Positions 1-6,557 of a DNA stretch of 14,245 nt are shown one piece after another. Location: contig JBGSTX010000126.1 of NCBI GenBank assembly GCA_041736305.1, positions 1 to 14,245 on the forward strand, written 5' to 3'. A program made the position numbers and the translations under genes. This DNA comes from Oligoflexus sp. (GTDB lineage: Bacteria > Bdellovibrionota_B > Oligoflexia > Oligoflexales > Oligoflexaceae). How positions within the stretch are numbered: position 1 is the stretch's first letter; each line of letters opens with the position of its first letter. The notes beneath the pieces are model-generated. The model saw only the letters and a program-made list of their open reading frames with translations. It did no database searches and was not told the DNA's origin.

Positions 1-534
1 TTTGAAAGTACCTTCAACACCGTCAAAATCTTTTTTGGTGATGATGTTCACCACACCACCCACTGCATCGGCACCGTATATCGCTGAGGCACCCCCACGC
101 AGAACATCGATTCTTTCGATGATAGACAGTGGAATATTGGCAACGTTCGCGGCGCCAAGACTAGCTTCTACCGGCAAACGTCGACCATCCATCAAAACCA
201 GAGAGCGATCCGATCCGAGTCCTAAAAGATCAACTGTTCCCGCCCCTGAACGTACAGATAGGCCACCACCAGCAAAGTTACCCGTGGGAGCGGCGGAGGT
301 TTTCCCTAAGACATCAGCAATATCAGCAGACCCGCTCCGGTCGATAGCGGCAGCATCGACTTTGCTCACGGGCGTAACACCCTCAGAATCAACGCGCTTG
401 ATGCGGGAACCGGTGACTTCGATTCTTTCAGGCTTTGTCGCAGAATCTTGCGCATAGGAAACCGTAGCTTGGGCTCCGAGGCAGAAGCCTAATAAGCCCA
501 AACTGACAAAATTAAAAACGGTGGAGCGAGACAT
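1..534 (-). CDS. TonB-dependent receptor, N-terminal part (signal peptide, TonB-box region, plug domain); runs off the window
   Basis: Manual translation from ATG at 534 (-): MSRSTVFNFVSLGLLGFCLGAQATVSYAQDSATKPERIEVTGSRIKRVDSEGVTPV...LGLGSDRSLVLMDGRR...IERIDVLRGGASAIYGADAVGGVVNIITKKDFDG. It has the classic EVTGSRI and plug-end motifs, a GAGAGGG SD-like sequence upstream, and an open frame to position 1. Not in the ORF track. Confidence 0.96.
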   Translation of the reverse strand, partial: MSRSTVFNFVSLGLLGFCLGAQATVSYAQDSATKPERIEVTGSRIKRVDSEGVTPVSKVDAAAIDRSGSADIADVLGKTSAAPTGNFAGGGLSVRSGAGTVDLLGLGSDRSLVLMDGRRLPVEASLGAANVANIPLSIIERIDVLRGGASAIYGADAVGGVVNIITKKDFDGVEGTFK

Positions 535-638
535 AAGAACCCTCTCTTGGCAAGCCCTAGGGGCGAAGGACTACCCAAGATGCACGAATTTTCGGGTTTG
601 ATCAATGCTGGGAAAGAGATACAGAAAAGTAGGGAGTC

Positions 639-673
639 AAAAAAATCCCGCATCCAGGAAACTGAAAGCGGGA
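639..673 (-). terminator. Intrinsic (Rho-independent) terminator
   Basis: Minus strand reads TCCCGC-T-TTCAG-TTTC-CTGGA-T-GCGGGA-TTTTTTT: a GC-rich stem with one mismatch and one G-U pair, a 4-nt loop and a 7-U tail. Confidence 0.75.
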
Positions 674-681
674 GAAGTGGC

Positions 682-728
682 ATTCACGTCTGTGTGAATT
701 ATACGGAGCAGCTGGCCTGAGCTTTCAA
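682..728 (-). promoter_or_regulatory. Putative sigma70-type promoter with an overlapping palindromic operator
   Basis: Minus strand TTGAAA (728-723), 19-nt spacer, TATAAT (703-698). The palindrome ATTCAC-N6-GTGAAT at 682-699 overlaps the -10 and start region. The spacer is longer than optimal. Confidence 0.45.
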
Positions 729-742
729 AAAACGGAAGAAAA

Positions 743-1384
743 TCAGAGAGGAGCCAGACTATCTTCACAGCTTACTCTATCCAGAACGACGCCCTTTAGG
801 CAAGCATTTTTGCGTGCATCGGCTTCAGCTTGGCAAAGAGTTTCTGCCGTGAACTCCAAGCCATCGTAAAAGCAAACGCTTGGCTGGCCGCTGCTAGGGC
901 AGCTCAGCGGAACTAGGCACGCCGACTGCAAAGGCACGTCGAGGCCGAGTTCGCCAACATTTTTGATCGTTACTTTGGAGAGCTCAGCACTAGGACCTCG
1001 CAGCGTGAGATCTAGGTCTGCACGCACCGGCTGATAAATTTCGATACAAATCTGGTCGACACGCTGCCAACCGCGAACGCGAGCTACAACATAGCTTTCA
1101 CCCGCGATCTCTTCTTCGCGAAGGACGGCCTTTAAGCCCTTAGCCTGGCAGCTGTTGCCGGCAACGACAACGCTACTCTGAATAGAGTACGCAGCTTCGC
1201 GAGGATTGATGCCCCCATTGCTTGGCGTAACCGTGAGCTTGTCGAGTACGCGCTCCTCGTCGACGTAGCGATAACAAACTTTCTTATTCGAGCTTTCAGT
1301 TACACATTTTTCCGGGGATGAGACAGCGGCAAAACCTTGCCCGGCTGTCCAACCCGCAGCAATTAAAACGATGTGATGCAACAT
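743..1384 (-). CDS. Secreted Cys-rich hypothetical protein with Kazal-like motifs
   Basis: ORF 743..1411. ATG at 1384 is preferred because it follows GGGGGA and begins a signal-peptide-like MLHHIVLIAAGWTAGQGFAA. Contains an internal ICIEIYQPV motif and a six-Cys C-terminal domain. Confidence 0.7.
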   Translation of the reverse strand: MLHHIVLIAAGWTAGQGFAAVSSPEKCVTESSNKKVCYRYVDEERVLDKLTVTPSNGGINPREAAYSIQSSVVVAGNSCQAKGLKAVLREEEIAGESYVVARVRGWQRVDQICIEIYQPVRADLDLTLRGPSAELSKVTIKNVGELGLDVPLQSACLVPLSCPSSGQPSVCFYDGLEFTAETLCQAEADARKNACLKGVVLDRVSCEDSLAPL

Positions 1385-1478
1385 AGATAAAATCCCCCAA
1401 AACGTCGCCATGATGTCGGCTCCATAAGCGTTTTATACTCCTCTAAGCACTAAAAGGAAAGTAAGCTGCAAAACTCTC

Positions 1479-1530
1479 AACTCATGCTGATAGCCGAGTA
1501 CGATAACTCCTGCTCAGCGTGAGCGAGTAC
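1479..1530. repeat. Imperfect tandem pair of palindromic units (possible 3' stem-loops of the pilin operon)
   Basis: AACTCATGCTGATAGCCGAGTAC (1479-1501) and AACTCCTGCTCAGCGTGAGCGAGTAC (1505-1530). Both follow the pattern ACTC..GCT...AGC..GAGT. Confidence 0.4.
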
Positions 1531-1550
1531 AGCATCGATCTCAGCACAAC

Positions 1551-2774
1551 TCAGCGGCAGGTTAAATCGCCCAGAGTATCGAGGACCCTGTTCAAATTGC
1601 CGATTTCGGTAGCATCAAAAAAATCCTGTGGTGAACTGGCTATCTCCTGGAGCATGCGCGTATCAGCACTCCTCGAAAATCCCACCGTAAGAACCCGGAT
1701 ACCCTGGGCCTTCAGAGCAGCAGCTGCGGCAACGGGATCACCGACTCCATTGTGAAAACCATCGCTAACGAAAATCATCACTTTCGCCCCTTCAGCATAG
1801 GCGGAAAGAGTGCCCGCCGCTTTAGTCAGACCAGCCACCATATCGGTATTGGAGCTGGCCCTTTCCCTGAGAATGGCAGCAGCTAGCGCCGAAATATTGT
1901 TGGTCAGATTTTGTCTGACCGCCGCCTGGGCATTAAAGGAAGTGAAGGAACCTTGATCCTTGATCTTAAGTCGCTCGACGAATTTGCTCAGCCCTAGCTT
2001 GGCCAGATCGATGCCGGAGTTAGCGCTCATCGAAGCCGAAGTATCGAGAACAGTCGCCAGACCGAGCGGCGTCTTGCAGTAGTCCACGATCTGGCGACAC
2101 TTGACGAAACCAGCCGCATCGATACCAATTGCTGCCGTCTTTGCAGGACACACAGCTCCGTTAGACGAGGCAAAGGAAGCGTCACAAATAAGTTGGCCAT
2201 CGCCTGTGATCGAACGAACGTATTCCCCCTTCGGGCAGGAGAACCTTGAGAGGCTGATAGTCTTGGTGATAGGATTGAAGACTCGCCCCTTCAACTGCTC
2301 GGCGCTGGCTTTGCGGATAGTGAAGAGCGTTTGCACTTCGCTCGGCAGCGTGCAGCTGGAAACGCCACCACCGCAGCGCAATCGTATGGCTGTCACCGCT
2401 TCAATAGGACAGTTTTTAGTGCAAGCCTCCCCGTTCAGATCATAGAGGCCGCTGATTTTCTGTTTGTTGGCATCGTAGAGCTCGATTTTTTCAAAGGTGG
2501 AGAGAGCCTTGCATTCATTTGATAGTATGCAGAGCGAGAGGATCGAATTGGGATTTCTAAGCGCGCTTTCTCGCATCGCTGCACTGCTACGAGCCGTATT
2601 GGTAAGCTTTTTCTCCAGGAGACCGAGACGCTGCTGCATACGGACGATCTTTAAAACATCGATTTGTTGATCGAAGAGCTGAGAGGCTCCGATCGAGACG
2701 ATGCTCAGGACGGAGATTAGTATCATCGCCGAAACCAGACTAAATCCTTCTTCAGCAAAAATGGAATTCTTCAT
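1551..2774 (-). CDS. Prepilin-like protein (no Glu5) with Cys-rich middle region and C-terminal von Willebrand factor A domain
   Basis: N-terminus EEG|FSLVSAMILISVLSIVSIGA is class III signal-like. The vWA MIDAS motif is DTSASM...NTDM...FVSDG, followed by GIRVLTVGF...MLQEIAS. AAGGA SD lies in the 9-nt gap after the upstream gene. Confidence 0.88.
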   Translation of the reverse strand: MKNSIFAEEGFSLVSAMILISVLSIVSIGASQLFDQQIDVLKIVRMQQRLGLLEKKLTNTARSSAAMRESALRNPNSILSLCILSNECKALSTFEKIELYDANKQKISGLYDLNGEACTKNCPIEAVTAIRLRCGGGVSSCTLPSEVQTLFTIRKASAEQLKGRVFNPITKTISLSRFSCPKGEYVRSITGDGQLICDASFASSNGAVCPAKTAAIGIDAAGFVKCRQIVDYCKTPLGLATVLDTSASMSANSGIDLAKLGLSKFVERLKIKDQGSFTSFNAQAAVRQNLTNNISALAAAILRERASSNTDMVAGLTKAAGTLSAYAEGAKVMIFVSDGFHNGVGDPVAAAAALKAQGIRVLTVGFSRSADTRMLQEIASSPQDFFDATEIGNLNRVLDTLGDLTCR

Positions 2775-2783
2775 AGTGTCCTT

Positions 2784-3593
2784 TCACCAGAACCGTGGCG
2801 CACAGATTATTTTGCCTTCAGCACTGATTTCATTGAGGAAGAATTGATCGTCAGCCCTCATGTTGAGAGTGCTGCAGTCGACTGGTGCGACGGCGACTGC
2901 TTCGAATTTCTTCTGCTCTTGGTCCTTCAGAACTACCTCGCTGATCGGCACGCAGAGGGCCTCGCCCTGCAGGCCAACCCCGTAAAGCACTCCATCGGGG
3001 TTACTACATTCTATTGTGACGCCTGGATATTTTCGATTGCCTACCTTTTCGACTTCCTGCACGATCTTACGCACCGGCGTGGGCTTTCCCGCCGCATAGA
3101 TTTCAGCGGTAACCAGCACGTAAGCAGGACCAACGCAAGTCGCAGTACCAACACAGTGTGCGCTTACCGATGTTTTTACCTGATACATAGATCCATGTGC
3201 GCATTCGCCAGGGCAGATCTGAGCGTTTCGATCGTAGTTGACTCCCGTGCCAGTGAAGGCTAGCCGCTGTCCTTCGCGATAGAGATTCATCGGAAAAACC
3301 TGCCCATTTAGGCAGAACGTTTTATCGACAAAACACTTCTTGATCGCAATCGAACTAGCTTTGGAAAAGGAATGGGCTAAAACCAGCTCGCTGCGCATGA
3401 AGTCAATAAGGGACGCTTCAAAAGCGTCGAGAGCCATCAAACGGGAAACATTCTGGAGGCTTTTTTGCAGAGTTTGGTACCTCGCGCCAATTCCCACAGC
3501 AAACATGAGCACGATGAATAGAGAGATCATCAGCTCAACGATGGTAAGTCCTGATTCACGATTGAGTCGACGCTGGTGCTTGAGGCCATTCAT
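2784..3593 (-). CDS. Type IV prepilin-like (N-methylation motif) Cys-rich protein
   Basis: RESG|LTIVELMISLFIVLMFAVGIG has Glu5 and a hydrophobic helix. ATG at 3593 overlaps the upstream stop (ATGA) and is preferred to the TTG at 3620. Confidence 0.85.
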   Translation of the reverse strand: MNGLKHQRRLNRESGLTIVELMISLFIVLMFAVGIGARYQTLQKSLQNVSRLMALDAFEASLIDFMRSELVLAHSFSKASSIAIKKCFVDKTFCLNGQVFPMNLYREGQRLAFTGTGVNYDRNAQICPGECAHGSMYQVKTSVSAHCVGTATCVGPAYVLVTAEIYAAGKPTPVRKIVQEVEKVGNRKYPGVTIECSNPDGVLYGVGLQGEALCVPISEVVLKDQEQKKFEAVAVAPVDCSTLNMRADDQFFLNEISAEGKIICAPRFW

Positions 3594-4330
3594 GGATTTG
3601 CCCTGAGATAAGGTTTGCAAATTAGTTTTCCGTCTCCGTCAAATCCAAGCAGGATATCGTTTACATTGCTGCATTCGCCGATCTGGACTCCCGTTATTTT
3701 GCGCTCCAATTTAGGCGGCTCTCTACAATCTAAGTTTTGAGGAAGAGGGCCGATTTTATGCACAAACGAGCTCCGCCCTAGCCGATCAACATCACAAGCT
3801 CGATTATCATCTGCAATATTCATGATCACGTTGGGTCGATACACGCTGCCTTGCTTGAATAAATTTCCCTCGACTAGGATCCTATAGTCGATGGCTAGAG
3901 AGCTGGCTGCGTCGCAGGGAGCGAGGCCGCGACAGAGTCCCGCAAACGATGCCTCCACCACGATAGGACAGACCCCGCTTTGACAGGTTTCGCCAGCACC
4001 TTTGAACTTGCCCGTTGATTTGCGGCCAGGCCCTAAAAACAAGTCTATGCTATACCGCGTTTCGTCGCAGAGTTTTGAGTCCGCACGAACGCAGTCGCTC
4101 AGTTCTGAGTTAGCATTGACCGCACTATCGAAGAGGGCATCATTGAGAATGCTCCATCGTACGTTATTTTCAAGATTCTGCCAGACGTTCTGATCCTGGA
4201 CTGTTTTCCTGAGACTGAGCGTTGAGAGGAGCGGTTCCCTGACCAAGGCCAGCACGGCTAAACTAATGCCTAAAGTCACCATCATTTCTAAAAGTGAAAA
4301 GCCTGACTCGGGAGCGGAAGGGGAGGACAT
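3590..4330 (-). CDS. Type IV prepilin-like (N-methylation motif) Cys-rich protein
   Basis: PESG|FSLLEMMVTLGISLAVLALV has Glu5. A GAGG SD lies upstream of ATG 4330. Confidence 0.87.
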   Translation of the reverse strand: MSSPSAPESGFSLLEMMVTLGISLAVLALVREPLLSTLSLRKTVQDQNVWQNLENNVRWSILNDALFDSAVNANSELSDCVRADSKLCDETRYSIDLFLGPGRKSTGKFKGAGETCQSGVCPIVVEASFAGLCRGLAPCDAASSLAIDYRILVEGNLFKQGSVYRPNVIMNIADDNRACDVDRLGRSSFVHKIGPLPQNLDCREPPKLERKITGVQIGECSNVNDILLGFDGDGKLICKPYLRANP

Positions 4331-4510
4331 CCATACCTCGTCTCTGATTTGGCAAATACCGACAGTTTGCTGCTTTTATTCTATTCTAGGGGCCTTTGCC
4401 GGCTCGCTCTACTGAAATGAGAGACGCTCTAAAAATATTCAATTGAGACAGGGACTCGATATTTTTCAGTATTGACCGATAGAGAGGTGAGCAGCAAGGA
4501 GCGAGAAACT

Positions 4511-6544
4511 GTGCGAGAAGGACCCGAAAGACCTCATTCGATCTATCTTAACGGACAGTCGTGGCCGATATTCCACGGTATCGCCAGCGTTTTCCTCCTG
4601 CTCGTGCTCCTTATCCAAATCAGCCCTCTGGCCTCCTACATCGAAACTCGGATCGCGGCTCCTCTGCTATTTCAAGTGCGTGAAATGCTGGGCAAGACCC
4701 CTCCCCTCAGTTCAAGACTTAAAGTGATTACTCTGGACGACAGTACGTTTTCCTACCTCGGCGGTCCGCGTTTGCCAGTCGACCAACTTGAAGATGTTCT
4801 ATTGCATCTGGCAGCTGCCGAACCAGAGTCTATTCTGATCGATGGGCTGCTCTCCGATCGACCTGACGGCAGTGAAATTGTTACGGGTAAAGCAGCGAGT
4901 CTACCGATCTATTCAGGCAGCTTTCCGTCGCGCGTTCAGCTGAAATACCGGGTCCCTATCGATTTCAGCAAGAGCACCTACCAGCTTTCGTCTTATCTCG
5001 ATGGAATAGCTAGCCTCGAAGGGCTGCCCTACTCCTTGGATCAGCGCAACGACTACAAAATCTATGGCCACTCCAAGTCCTACGGGCACCTCATCAATGG
5101 TACCGGTCACATCACCTACAATCTCGATGGTACGATTTCGGCATTTTATCAAGTCAACGATAAGACTGTCCTCCCGCACCTCAGCCTCTTCGCCGCTGAC
5201 ACAATCAAGCTGCGGCACGACGGCCTTTGGCTCGACGAAAACAAAGTGCCAATGAGCAAGAATGGCACCATAGTCATCAATCATCGGCCCCCTACTCTCT
5301 TCTACGACAGCGCCATCTCCTTGAAAGCCATTCTGAAGCGAGCTCTCGCCGGAGAGCCTGAGCCCTCGATCAAAAAGGGCGATGTCGTTCTCGTTCTGCT
5401 CGCATTCGCAACGGGTAACACCGACTTTCACGAAGGCGGGCCTTTCGGTGAAATTCCGGGTGGTCTCATGATCGGATCGCTCATTTCAGACCTTCATCAA
5501 AATTCTTGGATAACGCGCTCTGAAAATGATCTGCTCCTCATTCTGCTCTTCGGGGTCATCGGCATAGTTCTGGGCATTAACGCTCGCTCGGGGCACTACT
5601 GGATGATCCTCATCGGCAGCTGGATCATCTACAGCGGTATCGTGTTCTACGCTTTCTCTTACGGCAATCTATGGTTCGCCTGGCTCCTGCCTCTGATAGC
5701 ATTCAATGGCACCAGCCTCATCCACTTCGCTCATGTCCGCATCCAGGATGAGATGAAACTGATTTTGATCGAGAAGAATTATTACGAAGAAAAAGCGCTT
5801 CGGCTAGAAGAAATGCAAAAAAAGTCAGAACTCGAATCAAATCTTTCGCTGGGGCGAGCCGTACAAAAACTCTTGCTGCCCAAAGAGCTCAATGCGAAAT
5901 TTTTTGGCTTTGACTATGAGATGCTTTACAAGCCGACTTCGGGTCTCTCGGGAGATTGGCTTTACGCCTGGGACTTTTCGCTTGGGGAACGGCGAATTTT
6001 GATGGGCGACGTGATGGGAACTGGACCTTCGGCAGCGATACCCATGGCGATGATAATAGGTCTCTTGAACGACTGCGAAGAGCATCGGCTGACGCTGGAA
6101 GAAACGATCAATCGTCTGAATCAGCGTCTCTACGAGCTTTTCGACCAGCAGGTCATCTGCACCTTGAGCGCGCTTTCGGTCCATCGCGATGGTCACGTTG
6201 AAATTTACAATGCAGGGGGACCTGGCTGGTTTTTAAGCGGTAAAAATCATACCGAGCACCTGACGCTCCGCAGCGAACCTATAGGCGCCAAATCCAAACC
6301 GCTCATCGGGCATCTCCGTTTGCAGCTCGAGCCGCAGCAGACTCTTTTCACTTTTACTGATGGCTACTGTCAGAGCAGCAAAGACCTCAAGCGGGTGATC
6401 CGTAATTTGCGTCAGCTACAGAGTCCCCGTTCTTCCGAGGACATAGAAAAATTTTTGACAGAGTCTATGGCCCATCCGAAGTCTAAGGACGATCAAACTC
6501 TGATCTGCGTATCGACCGACAAGACCCAGCGCAAAACTGCCTGA
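4511..6544 (+). CDS. Membrane sensor phosphatase: CHASE2-like periplasmic domain, TM helices, PP2C/SpoIIE (RsbU-like) domain
   Basis: N-terminal TM; CHASE2-like VITLDD...ESILIDGLL...GHI...IKKGDVVLV...TDFH...PFGEIPG; three TM segments; linker LGRAVQKLLLP; PPM motifs SGDW, GDVMGTG, NAGG, FTDG, DDQT. The ORF track starts at TTG 4472, but GTG 4511 has an AAGGAG SD 9 nt upstream. Confidence 0.88.
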   Translation: MREGPERPHSIYLNGQSWPIFHGIASVFLLLVLLIQISPLASYIETRIAAPLLFQVREMLGKTPPLSSRLKVITLDDSTFSYLGGPRLPVDQLEDVLLHLAAAEPESILIDGLLSDRPDGSEIVTGKAASLPIYSGSFPSRVQLKYRVPIDFSKSTYQLSSYLDGIASLEGLPYSLDQRNDYKIYGHSKSYGHLINGTGHITYNLDGTISAFYQVNDKTVLPHLSLFAADTIKLRHDGLWLDENKVPMSKNGTIVINHRPPTLFYDSAISLKAILKRALAGEPEPSIKKGDVVLVLLAFATGNTDFHEGGPFGEIPGGLMIGSLISDLHQNSWITRSENDLLLILLFGVIGIVLGINARSGHYWMILIGSWIIYSGIVFYAFSYGNLWFAWLLPLIAFNGTSLIHFAHVRIQDEMKLILIEKNYYEEKALRLEEMQKKSELESNLSLGRAVQKLLLPKELNAKFFGFDYEMLYKPTSGLSGDWLYAWDFSLGERRILMGDVMGTGPSAAIPMAMIIGLLNDCEEHRLTLEETINRLNQRLYELFDQQVICTLSALSVHRDGHVEIYNAGGPGWFLSGKNHTEHLTLRSEPIGAKSKPLIGHLRLQLEPQQTLFTFTDGYCQSSKDLKRVIRNLRQLQSPRSSEDIEKFLTESMAHPKSKDDQTLICVSTDKTQRKTA

Positions 6545-6557
6545 AACAGCCGTCTCA

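Noticed and set aside
2-457. Plus-strand 151-aa ORF
   Set aside because: Antisense shadow of the TonB-dependent receptor, which has clear family motifs on the minus strand.
489-683. 64-aa minus-strand ORF as a leader peptide
   Set aside because: It runs through the terminator, overlaps the receptor start out of frame, has no SD and has no telling codon composition.
535-742. Cobalamin riboswitch upstream of the TonB-dependent receptor
   Set aside because: Only a GCCACT fragment is present. The other conserved elements (AGGGAA, CCCC-GC-ACTGT, GGGAAG, AGYCAGRAGACC) are not seen. No Fur box was recognised either.
1477-1500. Sigma28-like TCAA...GCCGAGTA on the plus strand
   Set aside because: The spacing is too short, the -10 is mismatched, and it points antisense into the vWA gene.
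1479-1556. Mini CRISPR array
   Set aside because: Only two short imperfect units with no spacer-length gaps, and no cas genes.
4349-4372. Sigma54 promoter (TTGGCA...TTGCT)
   Set aside because: GG-to-GC spacing is 16 nt instead of the strict 10 nt.
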